A DNA stretch of 64,000 nt from a virus, in IMG/VR virus record IMGVR_UViG_3300046559_000446, positions 74,255 to 138,254 of that record. One strand, given 5' to 3'. The translations under genes and the position numbers were made by a program. The notes below the pieces were generated by a model. It saw only the letters and a list, made by a program, of their open reading frames with translations, was not told the origin of the DNA and did not search any database. Positions 33,409-44,100 of this stretch are shown here, piece by piece (position 1 is the stretch's first letter; every line of letters starts with the position of its first letter).

Positions 33409-33490
33409 CGGCGCTTGACGGCGCCGTATTTTTGGATGTACAAAACGTGTACTCGCTTCTCCCCGCTGTGAGAAGCCGTATTTTTCGGAC
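33405..33490 (+). promoter_or_regulatory. Capsid-gene promoter candidate with repeated boxes
   Basis: Tandem ttgacggcgc x2; TTGACG-N18-TACAAA; gccgtattttt(c)gga x2. Confidence 0.45.
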
Positions 33491-33546
33491 CTCCCCTAGC
33501 CCCCGGTGTGGCATAGCAGGTCTTCCTTGAAAGAGGAGGGTGAGCT

Positions 33547-34155
33547 ATGGCCAATATCAATGCGCCTTTCGGGTTCCGGCAGGTCCAGGGTCTGGGCAGC
33601 GCCCCGACTTATGAGCACGTCGAAGTCGTCGTCAACTACAACACCGGCGCCATCTACGAAGGCGACCCCGTGGTTCCGCTTGCTGACGGCACCGTCGGCC
33701 CCGCCACGCAGACCCTGGCCGTGCTGGCTTCCGGCATCGCCGGCATCTTCAAGGGCTGCAAATATCTTTCCGTTTCGCAGAAGCGCACCGTCTGGTCAAA
33801 CTACTGGCCCGGCAGCGATGTCGCGTCTGGCAATTCGGTCACCGCTCAGATCATCAATGATCCGAACGCCCATTTCATTGCGCAGTCCGACGCCACCGGC
33901 CTCGGTCTGGCCGATGTCAATGCGCTGATCGGCATCAACATGGGCGTCCCGAATCCGGCCAACGGCTTCTCCGGAGCCTTCCTCGACACCACGACGCTCG
34001 GCACCGCGCTCGATCCGTTTATCATTGTGAGGATCCACCAGCAGCCCGCTGGCTCCCCCGGCACCTTCGTGCCGAGCGATGCGACGACCAAGCCCTATGA
34101 CTGGGCCATCGTTCGCTTCAATAACGTCGTCACCCGTGGCCTCACCGGCATCTGA
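33547..34155 (+). CDS. Minor capsid / head decoration protein
   Basis: MANINAPFGFR N-terminus, IYEGDPV motif, immediately before the MCP. Confidence 0.75.
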   Translation: MANINAPFGFRQVQGLGSAPTYEHVEVVVNYNTGAIYEGDPVVPLADGTVGPATQTLAVLASGIAGIFKGCKYLSVSQKRTVWSNYWPGSDVASGNSVTAQIINDPNAHFIAQSDATGLGLADVNALIGINMGVPNPANGFSGAFLDTTTLGTALDPFIIVRIHQQPAGSPGTFVPSDATTKPYDWAIVRFNNVVTRGLTGI

Positions 34156-34183
34156 TCCGGCCATCACAAAGGAGTAACCCGTC

Positions 34184-35098
34184 ATGGCCGTCAATCTTAG
34201 CGCCATCAAAGACCTTCTGCTCCCCGGCCTCCGTGGGATCGAGGGCAAGTACGAGATGATCCCGTCTCAGTACGACAAGATCTTTACCAAGCACAACTCA
34301 AAGATGGCGCTGGAGCGCACGGCTGAGATGCGCTACCTGGGCCTCGCCGCCCTCAAGACTGAAGGCGGGCAGACCCAGTTCGACAACGGCGCCGGCGAGC
34401 GTTACGTCTACAACCAGGAGCACGTCGAGATTGGCCTGGGATATGCGATGACCCGCAAGGCCATCGACGACAACCTCTACAAGACCCAGTTCCATCCCTC
34501 CAACCTCGGCCTGATCGAATCCTTCCAGCAAACGAAGGAAATCTACGGCGCCAACGTCCTGAATACGGCCCAGGCCTATAATCAGACAATCGGCGGCGAC
34601 GGCAAGGCGCTCTGCGCGGTCGATCATCCCATCGACAGCGGCCTCGTCGGCAACACGCCGGCGGTGCAAGTCGATCTCGGTGAATCGACCCTGCTCAACG
34701 CCATGATCGGCGTCCGGACCAACTTCAAGGACCAGGCGGGTTTGAAAGTTTTCGCTCGCGCGCGGAAGCTTATCATCCCGCCGCAATTGGAACCGGTAGC
34801 AATTCGTCTTCTCAAGACAGAATTGCGGCCAGGCACGGCAGACAACGACGTCAATGCCATCCTCTCGACTTCGGGTGGACTGTCTGAAAGCTTCATGGTC
34901 AATGACTTCTTGACCTCGCCCTTCGCCTGGTTCCTTCTCACAAATATCGATGGTCTTTCCTTCATGGAAAGAATAAAGTTCGAAACGGATATGCAAGTCG
35001 ATTTTGTGACCGATAACCTGCTCGTGAAAGGTTACGAGCGGTATTCGTTCGGTTACTACAACTGGCGAGCAGTCTACGGCAACTTCCCGACCTCGTAA
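34184..35098 (+). CDS. Major capsid protein (Mu gpT-like HK97 fold)
   Basis: LLPGL...K.EG....D...GLGYAMTRKAIDDNLY...LIIPPQLE...A..LL...NDFLT...WFL. Confidence 0.9.
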   Translation: MAVNLSAIKDLLLPGLRGIEGKYEMIPSQYDKIFTKHNSKMALERTAEMRYLGLAALKTEGGQTQFDNGAGERYVYNQEHVEIGLGYAMTRKAIDDNLYKTQFHPSNLGLIESFQQTKEIYGANVLNTAQAYNQTIGGDGKALCAVDHPIDSGLVGNTPAVQVDLGESTLLNAMIGVRTNFKDQAGLKVFARARKLIIPPQLEPVAIRLLKTELRPGTADNDVNAILSTSGGLSESFMVNDFLTSPFAWFLLTNIDGLSFMERIKFETDMQVDFVTDNLLVKGYERYSFGYYNWRAVYGNFPTS

Positions 35099-35122
35099 TA
35101 CTGGCTCAGAAGGAGAAAGCAC

Positions 35123-35587
35123 ATGGGTGCGACACACTTCACGGGGCCGGTTATCGTAGGCGACCCCGCTGTTTCTCAGGGTGAGCTTGAATTGTATCAA
35201 GACACCATGATTACGTTTGCGCAGACGCCTGCGTCTTCGACGCTCAACTTCCCGCTCAACATTCCGGCTGGCTCCACCATCATGGGGTTTGAAGTCGCCT
35301 TGCTGACATCGTGGGTTGGCCCCGCCACGGCGGTGCTCACTATCGGCACCGACACCACTACGAACAAGGCCTCGCTCGTCGGCGCGACCGATCTGAAGGC
35401 GGCGGCGCCGTTCCCGGCCATGACGCAGTCGGCGGCGAACATCGCCGCCCAGCGCGGATACACGCTGCTTGGCGTTCCCGCGCCAAATCCGTCGGCGCTC
35501 AACATCCAGATCGTCACGGGCGCGGGCGCTCCGAGTGCCGGCGCCGCGCTGGTGTCCGTCCACTACATCCAAAATCCGTCACCTTGA
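35123..35587 (+). CDS. Virion structural protein
   Basis: MGATHFTGPV N-terminus; beta-rich; follows the MCP. Confidence 0.75.
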   Translation: MGATHFTGPVIVGDPAVSQGELELYQDTMITFAQTPASSTLNFPLNIPAGSTIMGFEVALLTSWVGPATAVLTIGTDTTTNKASLVGATDLKAAAPFPAMTQSAANIAAQRGYTLLGVPAPNPSALNIQIVTGAGAPSAGAALVSVHYIQNPSP

Positions 35588-35597
35588 GGGGGCTTCG

Positions 35598-35840
35598 ATG
35601 GGCAAGTTTGAGAAGGGCAAGAAGCCTGCTTTCGGCGGCGGCAACGAGGATGTTAAGGAAGAGGCTGAAGAGAAGGGCGGCAAGAAAAAGCGTGTAGGCG
35701 GGCCGGTTGGCGCGTCTGCTCACTCGCACGGTGGTCGAGCGGCTCGCAAGAGCGGCGGCGCCTGCGAGAGCCACCTGTTCTCGTCAGCCGCTGCGGGTAC
35801 GCATGCGCCTGGGCGGAAGCTGATGTCGAAGAAGGATTGA
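35598..35840 (+). CDS. Small basic Gly-rich protein with an xxxGG motif
   Basis: VGGPVGASAHSHGGRAARKSGGA resembles SGGAVMGAAAFKHGGRVARKGGG in the 28949 ORF. Confidence 0.6.
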   Translation: MGKFEKGKKPAFGGGNEDVKEEAEEKGGKKKRVGGPVGASAHSHGGRAARKSGGACESHLFSSAAAGTHAPGRKLMSKKD

Positions 35841-35844
35841 CGCC

Positions 35845-36510
35845 ATGCGGCCAGTCACCGTCTCCGCTGCGCCTCTGGCCGCCGCCAATACGACGGCTGT
35901 TTGCGCGTCACAAGTGCCGCCGGCGGCTCCCGGCGGCGCTCTGGTCCTGACTTCATATCCGGTCGTCCTTGACCAGGCGCGCCAGCTTGCTTTCACCTCG
36001 ACCGGCAGCAATGTCGCCACCACATTCACGATCAACGGCACCGACGCCTTTGGCGCCGCCCAGAGCGAAACTCTCGTCGGCGGCAATAACAGCACGGTCG
36101 TCACCACCAAAAACTACAAGACAGTCACCTCGATCACCAGTTCAGTGACGAGCGCGGGAAGTGTGATTGTCGGCACCAATTCCAGCCCGGCGATCACGTC
36201 CTCGGCGTGGGTGCGCTTCGACGATTCCGGCGATCCGGGGGTTGCGATCCAGATCAATTCGGCTGGGGCCACCAATATTTCGATCCAGCAGACCCTCGAC
36301 GATCCCAACAGCCCGACCAATCCGGTTGCGCCCGCCAACGTGAGTTGGGCGCCGCATCCCGACGCCACTTTGGTCGCCGCCGCCATGGCCACTGGCGCGG
36401 TGTTGCAGGGCAACTACGCCTTCAAACCAGTCTTCGCGCGCCTCCTGCTCAACAGCGGCGCCGGAACGGCGACGGCAACTTTCTGTCAAGCTGGCGGGGC
36501 TGATTACTGA
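35845..36510 (+). CDS. Virion structural protein
   Basis: 221 aa, beta/Thr-rich, in the structural operon. Confidence 0.75.
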   Translation: MRPVTVSAAPLAAANTTAVCASQVPPAAPGGALVLTSYPVVLDQARQLAFTSTGSNVATTFTINGTDAFGAAQSETLVGGNNSTVVTTKNYKTVTSITSSVTSAGSVIVGTNSSPAITSSAWVRFDDSGDPGVAIQINSAGATNISIQQTLDDPNSPTNPVAPANVSWAPHPDATLVAAAMATGAVLQGNYAFKPVFARLLLNSGAGTATATFCQAGGADY

Positions 36511-36896
36511 TGCCTCCCCCCGGCCTATCAAACGGCCACAACAAGCTGGCCTCCCATCCTGGACTAGCCAAGCCTGGAGGCCTCGGCGGCAGTATCGGTT
36601 TGGGGCCGCTCGACGCACCGCTGCTCCGCGATCAAACCCTGACCGTCAACCTTCCTGTTTCCATAGACGAGAAGATCGGCCAGGCGCGGAACTGGGGTGA
36701 TATTGCCGACAAGTTCACCATCGTCTCGATTGAGCCGCCCGTCGCCGGCGGCTATTTCAGCATCAATAAAGCAGGCGAGCTTCACGTCACGCGCCTCGGC
36801 GTTTTGCACCTCCGCAGGCGCGAGTATCGCTTGACGGTCGAAGCTGATAATGTCGTCGGGTCAGGGCGCGCGGTCATCACGATCAAGGTGGTGTAG
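36510..36896 (+). CDS. Cadherin/Ig-like domain protein
   Basis: FTIVS...YFSIN..GEL...YRLTVEADN..G...AVITIKV. Confidence 0.6.
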   Translation: MPPPGLSNGHNKLASHPGLAKPGGLGGSIGLGPLDAPLLRDQTLTVNLPVSIDEKIGQARNWGDIADKFTIVSIEPPVAGGYFSINKAGELHVTRLGVLHLRRREYRLTVEADNVVGSGRAVITIKVV

Positions 36897-36919
36897 CTGC
36901 CCCATCGTAGGGGGTTCGC

Positions 36920-37603
36920 ATGACTTACAGCGACAAGTTCAACTTCGCCCTGGGACTTAGCGACGTCACCCTCTATGCGTTCGGTCTGTGCGGCATCAGG
37001 CGCACCGCGATTCTCCAGGAGCATATGGCCGACGCCTATATCGCGGCCAATCTCCTCCTGGCCGACTGGTCAACCAAGGGCGTTAATCTCTGGCAGGTTT
37101 CCCAGATCTCGATCATCCTGGGCCAGGATGTCGGGATCTACGATGTGCCGAACGAGGCCATCGTCATGCTCGACACCTTCGTGACGGTCGATGGCAGGGA
37201 TCGCATCATGATGCCGGTCAGCCGCACCGAATATGCGAGCTACCCCAACAAGAACCAGCAGGGCGTCCCAAGCGTGTTCTGGATGGACCGCCAGCTTCCA
37301 GGGCGCGGCGGCATTCACATCTGGCCGGTGCCGGATCGCGACGGTTACGTCCTGACCTACCACTATCTGACGCAGTCGATGTCCTCGAATTTCACCAACG
37401 ATCAGCAGCCTCCCGTCCCGCCAGAGTGGCTTTACGCCTTCGCTACCGGCCTGGCCGAGAAGCTGGCGATGTCCTGGGCGCCAGAGCGCCTGGCCTTTCT
37501 TTCGCCCATTGCCGAAAAGGCCTATGATACCGCCTCGCGCAGCGGCGTCGAAACCGCCCAGCAATACATCAGCCCGCAGATCGGCGGCTACTTCAGGAAT
37601 TGA
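36920..37603 (+). CDS. Head-tail adaptor / tail tubular protein A-like
   Basis: NLLLADW...GVNLW...SRTEYASYPNK...G.PS.F..DRQ...IWPVPD. Confidence 0.75.
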   Translation: MTYSDKFNFALGLSDVTLYAFGLCGIRRTAILQEHMADAYIAANLLLADWSTKGVNLWQVSQISIILGQDVGIYDVPNEAIVMLDTFVTVDGRDRIMMPVSRTEYASYPNKNQQGVPSVFWMDRQLPGRGGIHIWPVPDRDGYVLTYHYLTQSMSSNFTNDQQPPVPPEWLYAFATGLAEKLAMSWAPERLAFLSPIAEKAYDTASRSGVETAQQYISPQIGGYFRN

Positions 37604-37613
37604 GGAGTGAGCC

Positions 37614-38162
37614 GTGGGCTACGCATCGAAGCTCGGTCGAGCCAGGATCAATTCCCGCAATCCGCAGGCGGCGGCGATCTGCGACCGATGCGGCTTCGTC
37701 TATAATCACGTCGATCTTCAATTCCAGTTCGACTGGGCCGGCGCGACGACAGTCAACAAGCAGATCTTGGTCTGCAACAATTGCCTCGATACGCCACAGC
37801 AGCAGCTTCGCGCCATCGTCATTCCCGCCGATCCGATGCCGATCAGCAACCCGCGCCCGCAGGAATATCGCGTAGCGGAGGCGAACGTGCGCGTGACGAC
37901 CAATCGCTACGTGCCAGACGGCAAGACCGGCATTCCGGTTCCGGATCTCAATCCGCCGCCCACGGCGAGCGGTCAGCCTACCCAGCCCGCAGGGACGACG
38001 CGCACCACGCAAGTTAACGACACCCGCGTCACCCAGCAAACCGGCGCACCCAACGGCACTCTGAACCAGCAGCCCGGCACCGATCCGAATGCGCCTGGCA
38101 ACGATGATCCGGGTCTGCCTTACCGCAACGTGGATGTTCCAAACACGGGGCCGCTCAAATAA
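37614..38162 (+). CDS. Zinc-ribbon virion-module protein
   Basis: AICDRCGF...LVC..CLD.PQ.QL...DP.P..NPRP. Confidence 0.7.
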   Translation: MGYASKLGRARINSRNPQAAAICDRCGFVYNHVDLQFQFDWAGATTVNKQILVCNNCLDTPQQQLRAIVIPADPMPISNPRPQEYRVAEANVRVTTNRYVPDGKTGIPVPDLNPPPTASGQPTQPAGTTRTTQVNDTRVTQQTGAPNGTLNQQPGTDPNAPGNDDPGLPYRNVDVPNTGPLK

Positions 38163-40459
38163 TGGCAAACATCCAGATCCCCAATCTCCCCGTCGCCGTT
38201 GCGCTGTCAGGCGACGAATCGCTCGAAATCGTGCAGGCCGGCGTTTCGGTGCGCGCCACCACCAAGCAGATGGCGCAACTGGCTGCGGTGGGAGAAGAAG
38301 GCCCGCCTGGGCCTCCTGGGCCTGTCGGCCCTCCTGGGCCAGCCAGCACGGTTCCAGGTCCGCAAGGCCCGCCAGGCACTGCCGGCAATCCTGGCGGCGC
38401 CGCCAATCAGATCCAGTACAACAACGGCGCGGGCGGCTTCGCCGGCTTCACGATGAGCGGCGATGGCACTCTGGTCGCCTCGACCGGCGCCATCACGATC
38501 ACCAAGACCAATGGCGTGAATTTCGGCCCCTACGCCACGGCGACGACGCTCCCCCAGTTCAGCAGCACTGTCGCGGGCATTGTTCCGGCGTCAGGCGGCG
38601 GATCGACCAAATTCTTGTGCGCGGATCAGACTTGGGCGATTCCTCCAGGCACTGGCGGCGGGGGAACAGTCACGACCCCCGGCGGCCTCAACGGCCAGCT
38701 TCAGTATAACAATGCAGGCGCTTTCGGCGGCATATCCACGAACGGCACGGGCGTTCCGCTCGGCACGACTGGTTCAACCGGCGTCAGCCACATCACCGAT
38801 GTCACCGTGACTGGAGTTGGATCTGGCACGGGAGCGAGCGTAACCCTCAATAAAACAGTGGGAAACACCAGCGCCATCTATGCCGAGACTGGCGGCGCCC
38901 TGCGCTGGCAATTGAGCCTTGGCGACAATGTGGCGGAAAGCGGCAGCAACGCAGGATCTAATTTTTCTCTTGCTCGCTTCACCGATGCGGGCGCGTGGGT
39001 GGACAACCCGATCAGCATCACTCGCTCCAATGGCGACACGACGCTGGTTCACAATCTTACGCTAGGTGGGAATGTCTACAGCAACGGCGGGCAACTCTCG
39101 GCAAGCGGCGCGAACGCCAATGTGTGGTTGAATAAGCCAGCTAGTGGAAGCGTGTGCGCGTTATACGGGGCTATGAACGGCAAGGCGCGCTGGCAAGTGA
39201 CGGTTGGCGACAGCGCCGCCGAAAGCGGCAGCAACGTCGGATCTGATTTTGGCCTATACCGTTTCAACGATGCCGGGGCATACCTCGACACCTCACTCGC
39301 CATCAGTCGTTCCAGCGGCGTCGCTACATTCTCACAGCAAGTTTACGCTACTGGATTTAGGGTTGGCACAGGTACGGCTATCGCCGGCGATTCCATAGAA
39401 CTCGGCAGGCCGGGGCAGAATGCGGCGGCTTTCATCGACTTTCACTCCGGTGCGAGCAGCACTGATTATGATTGCCGCATCATATCCGCTGGAGGCACGG
39501 CGTCGGCGGGTGCTGGCGCTCTTAGTCTGATTGGCGCCACTACGGGCGTAAGTGGAAATTTTAGCGTAAATGGGGCGTCAAATATTAACGCTCTGAATTG
39601 CGGTACGATTAATTCTAACAGCAGCGATTACAGGTGGGTCACTGGTGTTCAACCAAATACGCTTACGCTGTCTGATGCGTCATTCAATGGCGGTCAGTAC
39701 CGTGATTTTCACATTCGTGGCGTTGATTCTGGCTACACGGTGGAAGTTCCGCTAAACGCCATATACCTCACTGCTCAAACTGTTCAGTGTGCTAATAACG
39801 TAAATGCCGCTGGCACCATCACTGGCGGAAATGTTACGGCAACCAGCACAGTTTCGGGAGCTTACGTAACTTCATCTGGAACTGTGAACGGGCAGACTGT
39901 TCAGGGAACTTATCTGTATTCGGCTGGAAATGTTAATTGCGCTGGAAACATGGGGGCCTCTGGCTCGGTTGATGGCGCTCAAGGCATCGTCGGTCGTCAA
40001 GGATCAGGCGGCGCGGCTGGACAGAATGTGTGCCAGTTCTGGGATGGCGCCCACATGAACCAGTATGTCGGCGGCACCTTCGTCGGCTACGTCCAATATA
40101 TTTCCGACTACCGCGTCAAGGAGAACGTCGCGCCGCTGATGTCGGTGTGGGACCGCGTCAAGAACCTGAACCCGATCAAATACAGCCTCAAGGATTTCTC
40201 GCCAGAAGGTTTCAGGAACACGGTGGACGAGGCCGTGCCGCTGGTCATAGGCGATGAAAAGGAACGCTGGGGCTTTCTTGCGCACGAGCTTCAGGCGGTG
40301 CTGATCGAAGATGCAGCGAGCGGCGTCAAGGACATCCCTAATCACATTCAGACGCCCAACCCGTGGACAGTGATCGCGGCGTTGACCAAGACGCTGCAAG
40401 AGGCAATGGCGCGCATCGAAGACCAGGACGCCCGCATCAAAATCCTGGAGGGGGCATGA
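38162..40459 (+). CDS. Tail fibre 1 with a collagen-like segment and a C-terminal S74 chaperone
   Basis: GPP repeats; AESGSN repeats; SDYRVKEN...NPIKY...GFLAHELQ. Confidence 0.88.
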   Translation: MANIQIPNLPVAVALSGDESLEIVQAGVSVRATTKQMAQLAAVGEEGPPGPPGPVGPPGPASTVPGPQGPPGTAGNPGGAANQIQYNNGAGGFAGFTMSGDGTLVASTGAITITKTNGVNFGPYATATTLPQFSSTVAGIVPASGGGSTKFLCADQTWAIPPGTGGGGTVTTPGGLNGQLQYNNAGAFGGISTNGTGVPLGTTGSTGVSHITDVTVTGVGSGTGASVTLNKTVGNTSAIYAETGGALRWQLSLGDNVAESGSNAGSNFSLARFTDAGAWVDNPISITRSNGDTTLVHNLTLGGNVYSNGGQLSASGANANVWLNKPASGSVCALYGAMNGKARWQVTVGDSAAESGSNVGSDFGLYRFNDAGAYLDTSLAISRSSGVATFSQQVYATGFRVGTGTAIAGDSIELGRPGQNAAAFIDFHSGASSTDYDCRIISAGGTASAGAGALSLIGATTGVSGNFSVNGASNINALNCGTINSNSSDYRWVTGVQPNTLTLSDASFNGGQYRDFHIRGVDSGYTVEVPLNAIYLTAQTVQCANNVNAAGTITGGNVTATSTVSGAYVTSSGTVNGQTVQGTYLYSAGNVNCAGNMGASGSVDGAQGIVGRQGSGGAAGQNVCQFWDGAHMNQYVGGTFVGYVQYISDYRVKENVAPLMSVWDRVKNLNPIKYSLKDFSPEGFRNTVDEAVPLVIGDEKERWGFLAHELQAVLIEDAASGVKDIPNHIQTPNPWTVIAALTKTLQEAMARIEDQDARIKILEGA

Positions 40460-41163
40460 GCGCCGCAGACATCCTCAACCTTCCTGTCGCCATTGGCCTT
40501 TCAGGCGAGGAGTATATCGAGGTCGTCCAGGGCGGCACTCTCCATCGCGCCACGGTGAAGCACTTCAGCAAGCGGCTGCTGGAGGGCGAGATCCCCAATG
40601 GCGTCCTCGTGCTGGATGGCAAGGAGGGGCCGCCGGGAGGCGCGGGTCCGCCTGGTCCGCCGGGGCCTGATGGTCCGCCTGGCCCGCCGGGGCCACGGGG
40701 AGGGCAGGGTGAGCCTGGCCCGTTCGGGCCGACCTTCACGCCGATGTCTGGCGCTGTCATCCGCTCGTGGTCCGTCTACGACAACAATACGCACTTGTTC
40801 AAGGAACGCTACATTCTGGGGGCCGACTTCCAGAAGAAGAACTTCTACCCGCAACTGATGCTCGCGCCCGCCGTGTCGGCGCTCGGCAACCGGCTGCGGC
40901 TGCGGGCCAAGGTCTGGTGTGTGGGCGCCGCCCACGATTGCGCGATCAACGGCGGCATGTTCGTGAACGGCGAGAAGGCGGTGAGCGTCGCGCGCGCCTT
41001 TGCCGATTCGCCGCTGCTGTTCGACTATGAGTGCATCCCGACTGTTCTGACGCCGCAGATGTTCTCCTTCTGTATCGGCCCGTCAGACGTCGGCGTCGAT
41101 TGCATTGTCAACGTGGGCCGACTGGTTCAGAGTTGCCTCGTCATCGAGGAGATCCAGGCGTGA
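40456..41163 (+). CDS. Short collagen-like fibre/whisker protein
   Basis: Same N-terminal anchor as the two fibres; about 14 GXY triplets. Confidence 0.75.
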   Translation: MSAADILNLPVAIGLSGEEYIEVVQGGTLHRATVKHFSKRLLEGEIPNGVLVLDGKEGPPGGAGPPGPPGPDGPPGPPGPRGGQGEPGPFGPTFTPMSGAVIRSWSVYDNNTHLFKERYILGADFQKKNFYPQLMLAPAVSALGNRLRLRAKVWCVGAAHDCAINGGMFVNGEKAVSVARAFADSPLLFDYECIPTVLTPQMFSFCIGPSDVGVDCIVNVGRLVQSCLVIEEIQA

Positions 41164-44100
41164 GCAATGTCCAGATCCCGAACCTGCCCGCCGCCGGCGC
41201 CCTGACTGGCACAGAGCAATTGGAGCTTGTGCAGGCTGGCGTCTCGGTGCGCGCTACGATTGCGCAAATTGTCACTGACGCGCAAGTTCCGACAGCATCT
41301 GACACCCTGCCAGGGATGGACGGCGGGGCCTCGGCGGGCGTCGAGGTGACCTATTCGCGCGGCGATCACATCCACCCGACCGACACCTCGCGCTATGCGG
41401 CGTCGAATCCGGCGAATTATGTGACGGCGGCTGCGCTGGGGCCTTATGCCCTGATCGACAGCCAGGCGTTCACGGGGACGCCCTCGATGCCGACAGGCGC
41501 CACGGGCGTCACGCAGGCGGCGGCGGATAGTTCGACTAAGCTGGCGACCACCGCCTTCGTTAAGGCCCAGGGTTACCAGGTGGCGTCCGCGCTCGGCACG
41601 ATGTCCACCCAGAACGCCAATAGTGTGGCGATCACCGGCGGCGCCATCAACGGGACGACCGTCGGGGCCACCACGCCTAGCACCGGCGCCTTCACTAATC
41701 TGTCGGCGTCGGGGACGGTGTCCGGAGCGGGGTTCACCGCGCTGCTCGCGCCCTATGCGCTGACGGCGAATGTTCCTGTTGCTTCCTCGACCAATCCCTC
41801 GATGGACGGGACGGTGGCGATTGGCGTAGGGACGACGTGGGCGCGCGCCGATCACGTCCACCCTTCCGATACTTCGCGCTATGCGGCGTCGAACCCAGCC
41901 GGCTATCAGACGGCGGCGCAAGTCACAGCTTCCCTGGGGCCTTACGCCCTGATCAATTCTCAGGTGTTCACGGGGACGCCCTCGCTGCCGACCGGCACGA
42001 TTGGCGTGACGCAGGCGCCTGGCGATAGCTCGACCAAATTGGCGACCACGGCTTTCGTCGGGGCGGCGACCACCGCCTTGGGCCTCGGCACGATGGCGGC
42101 GCAGAACGCCAACAGTGTCGCGATCACGGGCGGCGCCATCAACAACACGGCGATTGGCGCGACGACGCGCAGCAGCGGCGCTTTCACCACGCTGGCGGCC
42201 AACGGCGCGGCGACCTTCACATCCTCGCTGACGGCCTCGCCAGCCAGCGCCAATGTCACTCTGTCGCCCACCGGCACCGGCACGGTCATCATCAACCCGG
42301 CGACGGCTGGCTCCATCGACAATACGGCGGTGGGCGCGACGACGCCCAGCACCGGCAAGTTTACCACGCTGTCCGCGACGTCGATCAACAGCACCCCGAT
42401 TGGCCCCACGACGCCCAGCACGGGCGCCTTCACCACTTTGAGCGCCAATGGCGCGGCGACGTTTACAGGCTCGCTGACGGCCTCGCCAGCCAGCGCCAAC
42501 GTCACGTTTTCACCGACCGGCACCGGCACGGTCACCATCAACCCGGCGACGCTCGGCCATGTCGATAACACGGCAGTGGGCGCGACCACGCCCAGCACGG
42601 GCGCCTTTACCAATTTGTCCGCGACCGGCACGGTGTCGGGCGCCGGCTTCACCACGCTGCTGAACCCCTATGCGCTGGTCAATTCTCAGGTGTTCACCGG
42701 GACGCCATCGTTGCCGACTGGCACCATTGGCGTGACGCAGGCGACGGCCACCAACAACACGACGTTGGCGACTACCGCCTTTGTCAAGGCGCAGGCTTAT
42801 CTGACCGGCAATCAGACCATCACCCATACGGGCGACGCCACCGGATCTGGCACCACCAGCATCCCGATGACGGTCGTCCAGCTTCAGGGCAGGCCGCTCG
42901 CCGCCACCGCGCCTGCCACCGGCAACCTGATGGGCTGGAACGGCTCGACGTGGGGGCCGGTTGCGGCTGGCGCGGCGGCGGCTGGCGGCACCAACGGCCA
43001 GATCCAGTACAACAATGGCGGCGTCCTCGGCGGCTTGACGCTCAACGGCACCGGCAATCCAGTCGGCACGACCAGCCCCACCTTGGCAGGCTCGGTGGTC
43101 ATCAACGGCACGGCGCTCGGCAGTGTCGCGGGCAACTCGCAGATCGTCTTCTCGCCGGGTTCAACCGACACCAATGGCGAGTCGCTGCGCACTGAAATCC
43201 AGCGCAAGTCGGCGGGATCGGATTGGAGCACCGCCGCTTGGCAGATCTACCGTCAGGTAGACAGCACCAAGATGGGCTATATCGAATTTAACAGCGGAAG
43301 CTCCAAGCCAATAGCTTTCGGTAATGGCGTCACTGAACATGCCTATTTCGACAGCGGTAAAAACCTGACCATTTTCGGCAATGTGGCGGCGACTGAAGTT
43401 TCTTACACCAATGGTGTAAACCCAGCGGTTGTTCTGAGTAAAAGCGCGTCAGGTGGCACGTCTCGCATCGTCGGCTCGATGGCGGGTAGCCCCAGATGGC
43501 AGGAAATGCTTGGAGATGCATCAGCCGAAAGTGGCAGCAATGCTGGATCAAATTATGGTCTGCAAAGATACACTGATGCTGGGGTTCTTATCGACGCGCC
43601 GTTTGCTATCAATCGCGCTTCTGGCATCGCCACGTTTTCGCAGGGGGTTGCTGCTGCGAGTTACACGGTAAATGCCTTAGCCGCTACCGATGCCGCTTTA
43701 TACCTCAACAAGCCCGCATCTGGTCGAGCTTCAACTGTGTACGGCCAGATGGCTGGCTCGACTCGTTGGGGCATGAATTTTGGCGATTCTGGGGCTGAAG
43801 CCACAGGCAACGTCGGTTCTGATTTTGGCCTCGCCAGATTTGACAACACGGGCGCGTTTATCGACAACCCGCTAACTATTAACCGTGCAACTGGCGCGGT
43901 GACGCTGAACCAGACCAACTCTAGCGGTGTGCTAAACCTCACTGCAACAGCGGGCGTGTGGCCGCAGATTTCGCTCAATAAAGCGGCCAGCGGCGTGGGC
44001 GCTGTTGTAACTGGCACTAAGGCTGGCGTCGCTCGCTGGCAGGTGTCGCTGGGCGATCAGACCGCTGAAGGCACTGCCAATGCCGGGTCAAATTTCACAA

